A stretch of DNA of 64,000 nt, taken from positions 2,272,001 through 2,336,000 of the forward strand of contig OZ244034.1 of NCBI GenBank assembly GCA_965215185.1, in the 5' to 3' direction. Of this stretch, positions 18,379 to 27,770 are shown piece by piece. The notes under the pieces are model-generated. The model ran no database searches and was not told the origin of the DNA. It was given only the letters and a program-made list of their open reading frames with translations. Within the stretch, counting starts at the first letter, position 1. Each line of letters starts with the position of its first letter. The translations under genes were made by a program, and so were the position numbers. This DNA comes from Acidimicrobiia bacterium (lineage in GTDB: Bacteria; Actinomycetota; Acidimicrobiia; Spongiisociales; ZC4RG35).

Positions 18379-19527
18379 TTGGTAGTCCCAATGAGCAACC
18401 TGGCCGCCGAATACCGGTCACTTAAAACCGAAATCGATGAGGCGGTGGGGCGGGTGCTGGCCAGCGGCTCCTACGTTCTCGGGGAGGAGTTGGAGGCTTT
18501 CGAGGAAGCGTTCGCTGATTATGTCGGCGCCCGGTTCGCCATGGGGGTGGGCTCGGGAACCGCCGCTTTGCATCTCGCCTTGGCGGCGTTGAACCTGGGG
18601 CCCGAGGACGAAGTGATCACAGTTCCCAATACCGATAATCCCACCGCCTCGGCCGTCACCCACGCCGGAGCGAAAGTGGTGCTGGCGGACACCACCGAGG
18701 ACACCTACACCATGGATCCCAACAAGCTGGAGGAAAAGATCACCCCCCGCACCAAGGTGATCCTCCCCGTCCACCTGTTCGGTCATCCGGCCGACATGGA
18801 TCCCATCTGTGAGATCGCCGACGGGCACGGAATTACCGTGCTGGAAGACTCCGCCCTGGCGGTGGGCGGCGAGTACAAGGGACGGAGAACCGGGACTTTC
18901 GGACCGCTGGGGTGCTTCAGCGTGGCCCCCGGAAAAATTCTGGGAGGATACGGAGACGGGGGAATTGTGGTGACCAACGACCCAGACCTGGCCCACAGAA
19001 TCCGGGTGCTTCGCAATTACGGCCACGCCCCCGGTTTGAAGCTGTCCGGTCAGGACCTGACCGGGGGGACCGGTTGGAGGGTGCTGGAGGAAGGATTCAA
19101 CCAGCGACTCGACACGCTGCAGGCCGCCATAATCAACGCCAAGCTCCCCACTTTGGAGAGCCGCATCGCGGCCCGTCGACGTGCTGCCGCTCTATACCGT
19201 GAAGCCTTTTCGGGTACGGCTGTCACGCCGGTCCACGAGGCGCCATGGGCCCGCCACGTCTACTTTGCCTACAACGCCATGGTCTCCGATCGAGACCGGG
19301 CGCGGGAATTCCTGGCCTCCCGGGGAATCGCCACCCGTCTGTATTACAACCCGCCGCTGCATCTGCATCCCGCCTACCGGTGGATGGGGCTCGGCCCGGG
19401 TTCCTTACCCGTGGCGGAAAAGACCGCATCGCGGATGATCGGCCTGCCCTGCTTCCCCCAGATCACCGAATCCCAAGTCGAAGAAGCCGCCGCCGCACTT
19501 CTTGAATTCGTCGGCGCCGCCGACTGA
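18379..19527 (+). CDS. DegT/DnrJ/EryC1/StrS PLP-dependent aminotransferase
   Basis: SGTAALHLAL, PVHLFG, LEDSA and PGKILGGYGDGG (PLP Lys). TTG start at 18379 follows GGAGGAG. Confidence 0.88.
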   Translation: MVVPMSNLAAEYRSLKTEIDEAVGRVLASGSYVLGEELEAFEEAFADYVGARFAMGVGSGTAALHLALAALNLGPEDEVITVPNTDNPTASAVTHAGAKVVLADTTEDTYTMDPNKLEEKITPRTKVILPVHLFGHPADMDPICEIADGHGITVLEDSALAVGGEYKGRRTGTFGPLGCFSVAPGKILGGYGDGGIVVTNDPDLAHRIRVLRNYGHAPGLKLSGQDLTGGTGWRVLEEGFNQRLDTLQAAIINAKLPTLESRIAARRRAAALYREAFSGTAVTPVHEAPWARHVYFAYNAMVSDRDRAREFLASRGIATRLYYNPPLHLHPAYRWMGLGPGSLPVAEKTASRMIGLPCFPQITESQVEEAAAALLEFVGAAD

Positions 19528-19599
19528 AACCCGGCAAGGACCGCGGCTAGATTTGACTTCAATTGTGCGCAGCAACACACTGCAAACAGATATTTTGGG

Positions 19600-19751
19600 T
19601 GTCGACGCCTCTGATGGGTATGCTCCACGCCACCCCCCTCGACGAGGTCCGAACTATTCGCAACGCCACGGAACTGTCCGTCTTGGTGGGTAGCGGGCTC
19701 CACGGCGATAATGTCGCTCCGCATCATCTCTGAACCTATCGGTTCACTCAC
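19600..19751 (-). pseudogene. Possible CBS-domain gene remnant with internal deletion (boundaries approximate)
   Basis: SEMMRSDIIAVEPAT joined to DGQFRGVANSSDLV resembles the first and last elements of a CBS repeat with the middle helix missing. Confidence 0.3.
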
Positions 19752-19771
19752 TGACCCGAGACTATCGCACC

Positions 19772-20584
19772 TCAGGCGCTGGAGGTGAGTTCACGGGCCA
19801 GTATCTCGGGGCTCAGGTCTTCTGCCCTGGCCCGCAGATCCAGGTAGAGCACGGTTCCGATCACCGTTGAGAAAGGGAGAGTCAAAATGCCGATGATCAG
19901 AGTCGCCCAGTATTCGGGCAAGAGCCAGTTGAGCATCAGGAAGGCGAGCACAACCAGCAGTAAGGACAACAAAAGCACAACCAGCACTCTTGCAAACCGC
20001 GCCGATACCAACTGCCAGGATCGTCGCAGGCTGGTGGTGGCTTTTTCACCCTCGACCATCACCACCATGGGAGCCAGCCACCATAGAACCATAAGGGCCA
20101 GCGCCGGCAGAACCATTACGAAAGTCCACACCAGGAAGGGCAATAGCGTTCCCAACGGTGCAGCGAAGGGATCGTTCGCATATAGGTTCAGTTGCTCCAG
20201 CATCCCTGGAGCAACCAGGGCCAAGATCATCGTGCCGATCATGATCATCACCGTCCCCACCGCCACCACTCCCAGCACCAATAGTCCCAACATCCCCAGC
20301 ATCTTTCCGAACCTGCTTCCGGCCGCGCGGGTGGCTTCGGTAGCGGAGGTATGCAGGTCCGCGCATTGAGAGGCGGTGACGCGAATCAAAGCGCCGGTGG
20401 CCAGCAACTCGGTCAAGAACAAACCGATTTCCATGAGCCATCCAACGCCGGGGACCCACTGAAGAAGTGAAGGAATGCCCACCAAGGCGGCGCTGATGGC
20501 GATCAGCGTTCCAAACCGTCCCCTATAAAGGCTCCACGAAAAGCCGAGGACTTCTCCAATCCCTAACGGGCGAAAACCTGACAT
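19772..20584 (-). CDS. Integral membrane protein (actinobacterial 'RPLGIGEVL' type, GDPD-membrane-domain-like)
   Basis: FRPLGIGEVLGFSWSLYR, SLRRSWQLV and LYLDLRARAE; about 6 TM helices. Confidence 0.7.
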   Translation of the reverse strand: MSGFRPLGIGEVLGFSWSLYRGRFGTLIAISAALVGIPSLLQWVPGVGWLMEIGLFLTELLATGALIRVTASQCADLHTSATEATRAAGSRFGKMLGMLGLLVLGVVAVGTVMIMIGTMILALVAPGMLEQLNLYANDPFAAPLGTLLPFLVWTFVMVLPALALMVLWWLAPMVVMVEGEKATTSLRRSWQLVSARFARVLVVLLLSLLLVVLAFLMLNWLLPEYWATLIIGILTLPFSTVIGTVLYLDLRARAEDLSPEILARELTSSA

Positions 20585-20604
20585 TGCGCTTAGATGTGCG
20601 ACAC

Positions 20605-22014
20605 CTAGACGACGAATCCATCGGTAAAGAGGGGTGGGACCAGATTCCAGTTGGCCGCTTCGTGGTAGGCCTGTCCGATGCGGGCAATCTCGGTCTCCGC
20701 CAAAGGCCGACCCATGATCTGCAGGCCGATCGGTAGCCCTGACTCATCGAAACCGCATGGGACGGAAAGGGCAGGAAGGCCGGTCAGGTTGGCAGGAGCG
20801 GTGGTCCGCACGTAGGCGGGGTTAACCACCTCACTTGTTCCACCGTATTCAAAGTAAGCCTGGTCCTTGCGGGCCGCCACGGCAGGGAGAGTGGGCAGGA
20901 GCACCGCGTCAAGACGGTGCTCCTGAAAGGAGTTTCTCACCCCTCGTCGGATCATCTCCCGCCCGCGTAGGGCGGTCAAATAGTGCTCATTGGGCATCAT
21001 CAGCCCGGTAGCGAAGAGCGTCCTAATGGAAGGCTCGATCAGATGCGGCGCCGCCGCCATTAGCCGTTGGTGATAGGCGGCGCCCTCCGAGCGGACGAGG
21101 GCGAATTCCACTGGCATCACCATGTCCAGTTCCTTGATCTCCATCGGTACTACCTCGGCGCCCAAATCAGCGAGCACTCCCACGGCCTTCTCGAAGGCGT
21201 CGGACACCGAAGCCTGGATAAGCGGACCCCGGTAACGCTCGATCACCCCGAGCCTCACCCCTTTCAAGCCGTTTTCGGCAGACAGATAGCCATCTGGGGA
21301 GAATTCAGTCAGAGTGGTGGGATCGGAGGGATGGAAACCTGAAATAACCGACTGGACCAGAATGCAGTCGGCGGGAGTCGCCGCCAGCGGTCCGATGTGG
21401 TCGAGCGACCAACTGAGCGCCGCCACTCCACTGCGGGGAACCCTTCCATAGGTGCCCTTCAAGCCGGCTATCCCGCACAAAGCGGCGGGAATGCGGATCG
21501 AGCCGCCGGTGTCGCTCCCCAGCGCGGCCGCGGTAATTCCCGCCGACACCGCCGCTCCCGAGCCACCGCTGGACCCTCCCGGGATGCGGGTTATATCCCA
21601 GGGGTTGGAAGCGGGAGGAGATTCCACCCCGCAGGCCAACTCGTGAGTCACGGTCTTGCCCACAATCACCGCCCCGGCGGTGCGGAGGCGCTCCACCACC
21701 GGAGCGTCCCGCTCGGCGGGTGTATCGGGATAAGCGGGGGATCCACACAGAGTGGGATGCCCGGCCATGTCGATGATGTCCTTCACCCCCACCGGGATCC
21801 CGGCCAGCGGACCCGGGTCGATCCCTTGAGCGAACTGGCGGTCCACCCGGTCGGCCGCTTCGAGGGCTCCCCGGTGGTCGATGATTACAAAGGCCTGCAA
21901 CTGGGGATTGAGATCCTCGGCGGCGGCCAATGCGCGTTCGGTTATCTGCCGGGCGGAGACTTCTTTGGAGCGCAGCCGCCGGCCCAGGTGGGCGATCACC
22001 CCTTGGGAGTTCAT
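20605..22014 (-). CDS. Amidase-signature enzyme (AtzE/GatA-like)
   Basis: VGVKD, GGSSGGS and LGSDTGGSIRIPAA (Ser-cisSer-Lys triad). ATG 22014 overlaps the upstream stop (ATGA). Confidence 0.9.
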   Translation of the reverse strand: MNSQGVIAHLGRRLRSKEVSARQITERALAAAEDLNPQLQAFVIIDHRGALEAADRVDRQFAQGIDPGPLAGIPVGVKDIIDMAGHPTLCGSPAYPDTPAERDAPVVERLRTAGAVIVGKTVTHELACGVESPPASNPWDITRIPGGSSGGSGAAVSAGITAAALGSDTGGSIRIPAALCGIAGLKGTYGRVPRSGVAALSWSLDHIGPLAATPADCILVQSVISGFHPSDPTTLTEFSPDGYLSAENGLKGVRLGVIERYRGPLIQASVSDAFEKAVGVLADLGAEVVPMEIKELDMVMPVEFALVRSEGAAYHQRLMAAAPHLIEPSIRTLFATGLMMPNEHYLTALRGREMIRRGVRNSFQEHRLDAVLLPTLPAVAARKDQAYFEYGGTSEVVNPAYVRTTAPANLTGLPALSVPCGFDESGLPIGLQIMGRPLAETEIARIGQAYHEAANWNLVPPLFTDGFVV

Positions 22015-22196
22015 TGCCACCGCGGGTCGAATCTCAAGGCCGGTTCGTCGGTCTGGTCCAACTGGTCCCGCACCGAATCGATCTCGGCCCACTGCCCGGT
22101 CAGCATTTCCGCCAATTGGTCTGCATCCCAGTCATCAACCGTCAGTCCGGCTACGGTGAGCATGGTGCGGACCTCCTCAGGTCGGAAGGCGGTCAT
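22011..22196 (-). CDS. 61-aa acidic protein, probable AtzG/GatC-like amidase partner subunit
   Basis: MTAFRPEEVRTMLTVAGLTVDDWDADQLAEMLTGQWAEIDSVRDQLDQTDEPALRFDPRWQ. ATGA overlaps with both RidA and the amidase; C-terminal EPA..F motif. Confidence 0.72.
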   Translation of the reverse strand: MTAFRPEEVRTMLTVAGLTVDDWDADQLAEMLTGQWAEIDSVRDQLDQTDEPALRFDPRWQ

Positions 22197-22582
22197 TGGG
22201 GAATCACCGCGATCACATCCACTTCCAGTTTGAGGCCGGGGAGGCCCAGCGCCGCCGCTTGACAGGCGGTGACCGCCGGATAGGGACCACCACCGAACAC
22301 CCGGCGCCGCACCTCCATCTCCTCGGGGAGTTCCCGGATGTCCTGGCAGTAATAGGTGATCTTCACCACGTTCACCAGCGAGCCTCCGCACGCCTGCAGA
22401 ACCTCGGCGATGTTCTGCCAGATCTGCTCGGCCTGCTGACCGGTGGTCTCGCCCACGATCTCCCCGGCGGCGTTGAACGCCACCTGTCCGGCCAGATAAA
22501 CGGTGTCACCGGCCCGGACCGCGTAGGAATAGGGCTCGGGCGGTTCGCACATGCCCTCGGGATTGATCGCCTCAATTTTCAC
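22193..22582 (-). CDS. RidA/Rid-family (YjgF) protein
   Basis: PYSYAVRAGDTVYLAGQV, VVKITYY, YPAVT and KLEVDVIA. GTG start follows GAAGGAG. Confidence 0.87.
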   Translation of the reverse strand: MKIEAINPEGMCEPPEPYSYAVRAGDTVYLAGQVAFNAAGEIVGETTGQQAEQIWQNIAEVLQACGGSLVNVVKITYYCQDIRELPEEMEVRRRVFGGGPYPAVTACQAAALGLPGLKLEVDVIAVIPQ

Positions 22583-22627
22583 TTCGGACTCTCCTTCGTG
22601 CGAAAACGGGTGGGGTGTCGGCAATTC

Positions 22628-22939
22628 CTAAGAAGAAAGAATAAGCAATAATTCTTCCCTCAGTGTCAACGCAAGGACACGAGCCACTTGGCTTTCGCTC
22701 TCCAAGATTGCGGGAAGGTCGCGTTTCAAGACAGCGCTCATCGCCTTATCGATGTTGGCAGAGATCGGGATGTTCCACGCTTTGAAAAGTCGTGAGAAGA
22801 GATCGCTCAATACGCAATAAGCGACTTGGCCCGTCGCCCAGCAATACTCCTGACACCATTCCGCTAGATCATCAAGCTTGGCTGGAGGAAAGGATCGGAG
22901 TCCTCCCTCGGCTAGCCGCCGCAGTGAGGACCTATCCAA
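22628..22939 (-). CDS. Hypothetical 103-aa protein coupled to pyrE
   Basis: The ORF fills the gap and overlaps the pyrE stop by 8 bp; no recognised motif. Confidence 0.55.
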   Translation of the reverse strand: MDRSSLRRLAEGGLRSFPPAKLDDLAEWCQEYCWATGQVAYCVLSDLFSRLFKAWNIPISANIDKAMSAVLKRDLPAILESESQVARVLALTLREELLLILSS

Positions 22940-23519
22940 AGCAAACCGGCTCGATTCTCAGATCCTCGTAGGTTGCCATAGGAAAGTAGCTAACACCCAG
23001 GTTTTCGAATAGTGGACGAGCTGAATCACCTCGGTCTACAAGTGTCACCGCCGCTACAACTTCCGCGCCCGTTTCTTGAATGGCATCAAAAGCATTAATC
23101 ATCGACCCGCCCGATGTCACTACATCGTCGACTAGGAGCACTCTGTCGCCCCGACTGATCTGGGCACCTTCGATCCGGCGGCGCGTCCCACGTCCCTTGG
23201 GTTCCTTTCGCACAAGAAACCATTTGGTATCACTCACGGCAGCGACTCCGACAGCAAGGGCGTCAGCGCCTAGCGTCAGACCGCCAACCGCGTCGAAGTT
23301 GTGACCGGCGTTGGTGACGGCTTCAACAATTGCCAGCGACGCCAAACGGAGATCTTTCCATTCTGCAAGGGCCTCCTTGCCGTCGATGAAATGAGATGAC
23401 CACGCGCCCGACGCCAGCCTTATAGGCATCGGAAGGCTACGAAGACCCTTCTCGATCAATAAATCAACGAGCTGTTCTTGAAATGTCAGTGTAGATGGAT
23501 GCACGGGATCTCGATTCAC
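22932..23519 (-). CDS. pyrE: Orotate phosphoribosyltransferase
   Basis: LASGAWSSHFIDGK, VGGLTLGA, VRKEPKGRG, LLVDDVVTSGGS and LVDRG. Confidence 0.85.
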   Translation of the reverse strand: MNRDPVHPSTLTFQEQLVDLLIEKGLRSLPMPIRLASGAWSSHFIDGKEALAEWKDLRLASLAIVEAVTNAGHNFDAVGGLTLGADALAVGVAAVSDTKWFLVRKEPKGRGTRRRIEGAQISRGDRVLLVDDVVTSGGSMINAFDAIQETGAEVVAAVTLVDRGDSARPLFENLGVSYFPMATYEDLRIEPVCFG

Positions 23520-23583
23520 AAACTACATTCCTGTTATTTCAAGCCGGGTCGGGGGTATGTTGATAAGCGGCCATCTCAACAAT

Positions 23584-24675
23584 TCAGCCGGGAACAACCA
23601 CAGTGCGGATCGCCGAGCCGCTCTCCAGGTTCTCAAACCCTTTCTCCATGTCGGAAAGCGGAATGGTGTGCGTGACCATGCCGTCGAGATCGAGACTGCC
23701 CAATTGGTAGAGGGAATCCAGCACCGGAAAGTCCTGGGCTGGTATTCCTTCCCCACCGTGGGTGGTCATCAACGTCGAGGTGTTGCGGAAAAAGGCCGAG
23801 GGATTCAACTCGGCTCCGGTCCCCGGACCGGGCACGCCGATCAGGGTGGCGACGCCTCCATAGGCCAGCATCCCCAGAGCCTGCTCCAAAGTGACGCTCA
23901 TTCCCACCGCTTCGAAGGAGAAGTCCACTCCTTGCCCGCCGGTGATGGCCCGAACCGCCTCAACCGCATCCTCTTTGGCGGAGTTGACCGCATGGGTGGC
24001 CCCCATCGACAAAGCCCATTCGAGTTTGAGGTCGGAGATGTCCACCGCGATCACCTTGGAAGCGTTGGCCATCCGGGCTCCTTGCACGGTAGAGAGGCCG
24101 ATGCCTCCGCAGCCGATCACCGCCGTGGTGGCGCCCGGCCATACCTTGGCGGTGTGAAACACCGCGCCGGTTCCGGTCATAACCGCGCACCCCAGCAGTG
24201 AAGCCGAAGTCATCGGCATGCCATCACTCACCCGGAAAGCTGCCCCGGCGTCCACCCCGATCCGTTCGGCGTACATCCCCAAACCCATGGGGACCTCCAC
24301 CTTGGAACCGTCGGACGCCAGAGAAACCATCGGAGCGCGCGGCGAGGAGGAGTTACACCGTCGGGGATCGTTGCGTCGGCACATTGGGCATGTGCCACAG
24401 GGAACCCGGCAGCCCACCGCCACCCGGTCGCCTTCTTTCAGGCGAGTCACTCCGGGACCCACCTGCTCCACCACACCCGCTCCTTCGTGGCCGAGCAGCA
24501 TGGGATAGCGGGACTCCCGACTCGACTGCACTCCTTTTGATACCTTGTAGTCGGTGCGGCACACTCCGGCTGCTTCCACCCGGAGTAACACCTCCCCCTC
24601 CCGAGGAGGGCCGATCTCAATCTCAGCGATCTCGACCCGCCCCGGCGCCATCACCAAGGCCGCTCTGCTACGCAT
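23584..24675 (-). CDS. Zn-dependent alcohol dehydrogenase (class III/MscR-like)
   Basis: GVCRTD, GHEGAG, structural Zn CGTCPMC..C, LLGCAVMTG and GCGGIG. Confidence 0.9.
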   Translation of the reverse strand: MRSRAALVMAPGRVEIAEIEIGPPREGEVLLRVEAAGVCRTDYKVSKGVQSSRESRYPMLLGHEGAGVVEQVGPGVTRLKEGDRVAVGCRVPCGTCPMCRRNDPRRCNSSSPRAPMVSLASDGSKVEVPMGLGMYAERIGVDAGAAFRVSDGMPMTSASLLGCAVMTGTGAVFHTAKVWPGATTAVIGCGGIGLSTVQGARMANASKVIAVDISDLKLEWALSMGATHAVNSAKEDAVEAVRAITGGQGVDFSFEAVGMSVTLEQALGMLAYGGVATLIGVPGPGTGAELNPSAFFRNTSTLMTTHGGEGIPAQDFPVLDSLYQLGSLDLDGMVTHTIPLSDMEKGFENLESGSAIRTVVVPG

Positions 24676-25834
24676 TGAGATCAACCAGAATGTCTTCCTC
24701 GTAGGTGAGCCTCTCTCCGCCGTCCGGCGTCACCCGCACGTTGTCGGAGACGCAAATGCCTCCCACCGCCAAGGCTTCGGCCGGATCATCGAATGCGATC
24801 TGCGGATGAAGGTTGATCACCATGTCGGTTTGCATAATCCGCTCCTTGCCCGGCACCCAGGGCGGCTCATGGGAGTCAAGCCCGATGCCGTGAGCAGTGT
24901 AGGCCACTGAGTCGAGACCACCCTGACCGTACTTGCGGTGCACCCGGTCACGGGCGACCAGCACGTCGTCGGAGGAAGCGCCGGTCTTCATGGCCTCGAC
25001 GCAGGCGTTCAAGGTCTCGATCCGGGTGTCCCAAAAACGCAAGATCTGATCGGATGGACGCCCGAAGCAATAGGTCCTGCGTACTTCCACCCAGTATCCC
25101 GATGGCCCTCCCCATTCCAGATCGATGCAGAGGACATCGTCCTTGTCGATCTCGGCGTCCATTCCGAAGGTGTAGGCCCGGTAAGGGGGACGGCTCATCT
25201 GGGCGATCCCGTCCAGGCATCCATACTGGCGGCAGAGACGATGAGCCTCGGCCAGCACATCCCGCTCGATCGCCCCGGGGCGAATGTGGCCCTCGAGACT
25301 GGTGAACACCTGGGCGATGATCCGAGAGGTCTCCCGGAGGTTGTCCATCTCCTCGGCGCTCTTGATTGAACGGATGTCATCGAAGAAATCGGTGGCGTCA
25401 ATCAGGGTGGCAGTACGACCGAACGCCTCCTGGAAAGCCATGTAGTGAGCGGCGGAGGTTATGTCGGCCAGCCCCACAATTCCGATAGTGCCATGGGAGA
25501 TTCCGTGGTCGGACAGGATCCCGGCTAACTCGGCAGCCGGAGTTTGTGTGGCCCGAAAGTCCTGGATCCAGTTGACCAGCGCCACTCTCGACAGGCCCCA
25601 CAACGGATCGCCGATGAAGGTGGGCTCACCTTTTAGGGGAAGCAGCACCATCCCCCACCCGGCCCATTGGAAGATGTCGGACACGTACTGGACGCGGCCC
25701 CGCACGAATTCGTCGCCGCGGCTACAGATGAGCAACGCGTCGATGCCCGCTTCGGCCATGGCCTCGCGAAGCACTCGATGACGGCGCTCCCGCTCGGCGG
25801 GAGAGGAAATGTGGGTCAGTTTGCCTTCAGCCAT
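24668..25834 (-). CDS. M24 pita-bread-fold hydrolase (creatinase/Xaa-Pro-like) with non-canonical metal site; paralog 1
   Basis: Creatinase-N domain, RSIKSAEE, IDLEWGGPSGYWVEVRRT, AHGIGLDSHEPP, NLHP and VSDNV. ATG 25834 follows AAGGAG. Confidence 0.82.
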   Translation of the reverse strand: MAEGKLTHISSPAERERRHRVLREAMAEAGIDALLICSRGDEFVRGRVQYVSDIFQWAGWGMVLLPLKGEPTFIGDPLWGLSRVALVNWIQDFRATQTPAAELAGILSDHGISHGTIGIVGLADITSAAHYMAFQEAFGRTATLIDATDFFDDIRSIKSAEEMDNLRETSRIIAQVFTSLEGHIRPGAIERDVLAEAHRLCRQYGCLDGIAQMSRPPYRAYTFGMDAEIDKDDVLCIDLEWGGPSGYWVEVRRTYCFGRPSDQILRFWDTRIETLNACVEAMKTGASSDDVLVARDRVHRKYGQGGLDSVAYTAHGIGLDSHEPPWVPGKERIMQTDMVINLHPQIAFDDPAEALAVGGICVSDNVRVTPDGGERLTYEEDILVDLNA

Positions 25835-25848
25835 AGTTTGAAACTCCT

Positions 25849-26577
25849 TTAGCTGGTGGGGGTCGGTACGGAGGCCGGGCGGTGTGAGGACAGAGCTTGA
25901 GGATTCTCCAACTCTGCACAGATCTCGTTGGTGGTGCGGGAGGCGATGAAGCCCCCGTCGGTCATTCTGACCAAGGCGTTGTCGTGAAGTTCCTTGGTGG
26001 AGGAGGTACAGGCGTCGTTCACTAGCGAGACCGTATACCCGCGGTCGGCCGCGTCGCGAGCGGAGAGCTCCACGCACCCTTCAGTGACGATGCCGGTAAG
26101 GACCACGTGAGTTATACCCATGCGCTTTAGCACGCTATCGATAGCAGTGGAATTGAAGACGCTGGCGGAGGTCTTGGAGAAGATCATCTCGTCGCCCTGC
26201 TCCCCCACTTCCGGAAGAAGAAGGTCGTCGCGGTCGTCGCGGGGTACCGGCTCAAGGTCTGCGTCAGGCATGAAGGCCTTCCCCGCATCTCGCCCGTTGC
26301 TAGTGCGATAGGCCACCCGGACATGGATCACTTCCTCACCCGCCGCCCGGAAAGCGTCCTGGCATCTTCTGACGTTGGGCAGGATGGCGATGATGTTATC
26401 CCATCGCTCCTCCATGATCTCGGGCTGGCCAGCAGCTTGGGCGATCCGGCCTATCCAACCATCGGCATGAGCATCCAGATACTGCAAATCGATGGTTAGC
26501 AGCGCCGTCTTTCCCGGAGCGATGGAAGGAAACACCGGGCGGGGAAATAGATCGTAAAAGGGGTCGTGCAAGTTCAA
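25849..26577 (-). CDS. Isochorismatase-like cysteine hydrolase
   Basis: ALLTIDLQ, KTSASVFNST and TGIVTEGCVELSARDAADRGY (D-K-C triad). Confidence 0.88.
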   Translation of the reverse strand: MNLHDPFYDLFPRPVFPSIAPGKTALLTIDLQYLDAHADGWIGRIAQAAGQPEIMEERWDNIIAILPNVRRCQDAFRAAGEEVIHVRVAYRTSNGRDAGKAFMPDADLEPVPRDDRDDLLLPEVGEQGDEMIFSKTSASVFNSTAIDSVLKRMGITHVVLTGIVTEGCVELSARDAADRGYTVSLVNDACTSSTKELHDNALVRMTDGGFIASRTTNEICAELENPQALSSHRPASVPTPTS

Positions 26578-26771
26578 AGTATTCTCGCCTTCCTGCAAAG
26601 TAGCCGGTTCGTGTAAAAAGAAGGTTGTTGGCGCAACAGCACCACCTCCGGTTTGCACTAAGTATATTTAGCAGGGATCCGGACCATCCGCGGCCCCACA
26701 GGGCCACCAAAATCCGGTGAAAGTTAAAAAAACCTGAGCATCGGCGCAGGAGAAGGGAAGATCAAGACGAG

Positions 26772-27704
26772 ATGAGAGTACTGGTGACAGGAGCAGGGGG
26801 GTTCTTCGGAAGGGCGCTTGTCCGAGCGTTTGCCCGGGGAGGAGCGAACGTGGTGGCGGCGGACATTCTCCCTCCGCAAGACTTTGCCCCCCGTTCGGAT
26901 ACCCCCAGCGACCGCGTCGAGTACGTGGTACTGGATGTGGGAGACCCAGACGCCTGGTCGACCGAGGTCACCGGACCGGTGGACGGGATCGTCCATGCCG
27001 CGGCGCTGACCCCCAGCATCCAGGAGGCTCGGGAAGATCCCTCCAAGCTGGTCCGGGTCAACCTGACCGGAACTCTCAACGCTTTGGAGTTCGCCCGAAA
27101 AGAAAACGTGGGCAAATTCCTGTTCATCTCCTCCGCGGGCGTGTACAACCAGTTCGACGAGGAGGTGCTCACCGAGGACGACGGCGACGGCGGCTTCTCG
27201 CTGTACGGTTCGGCCAAGCTGGCCGCCGAGATCATGCTCTACAGGTACGCCGATATGTTCGGATTCGACGCCGGAGCCATTCGCCCCACCTCCATGTACG
27301 GCCCGGCCGAGGAGTTCCGCGACACTCGGCCCTTCGTTACCCAGGCCAAGCAACTGGCCGACGCCGCCATGGATGGGGTCCCGGTGCGGGTGATCGGCAT
27401 GGACGACCGGTGCGACTGGGTGTTCGTGGACGATGTGGCCGAGGGGGCTCAACGATTCTTTATGGGAGGGATGGGAAGTCGCTCATTCGCCTTTTCCTCG
27501 GGAGACCCGATTCCCTTCCGGGATGTGCTGGAAGCGGCTCAAGCCGCATTCGGAGTGGTGGTGGACGATAACGCCGAAATGCTGGTGGACGCCACGCCTG
27601 ACCGAGCCACCACCATCTCCTGCGACAAAGCCCGCGCCGAACTCGGCTGGAACCCGGTGGGAATAGCCGAAGGCATGCGACGCTATGCCGAACTGGGCGG
27701 CTGA
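26772..27704 (+). CDS. NAD-dependent epimerase/dehydratase (extended SDR)
   Basis: VLVTGAGGFFG, HAAAL, ISSAGVY and YGSAK. Confidence 0.88.
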   Translation: MRVLVTGAGGFFGRALVRAFARGGANVVAADILPPQDFAPRSDTPSDRVEYVVLDVGDPDAWSTEVTGPVDGIVHAAALTPSIQEAREDPSKLVRVNLTGTLNALEFARKENVGKFLFISSAGVYNQFDEEVLTEDDGDGGFSLYGSAKLAAEIMLYRYADMFGFDAGAIRPTSMYGPAEEFRDTRPFVTQAKQLADAAMDGVPVRVIGMDDRCDWVFVDDVAEGAQRFFMGGMGSRSFAFSSGDPIPFRDVLEAAQAAFGVVVDDNAEMLVDATPDRATTISCDKARAELGWNPVGIAEGMRRYAELGG

Positions 27705-27770
27705 TCGCCCCTCAAACCTCTTGATTCGAACAACATCAAACAACCACGAAACCTCAGATATGGAGTCTCA

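Noticed and set aside
26655-26740. AAAGTT-n-AACCT and CTAAATA words shared with the divergent promoter at 41110-41145
   Set aside because: Spacing differs (5 vs 4 nt), and short AT-rich matches are expected in promoters.
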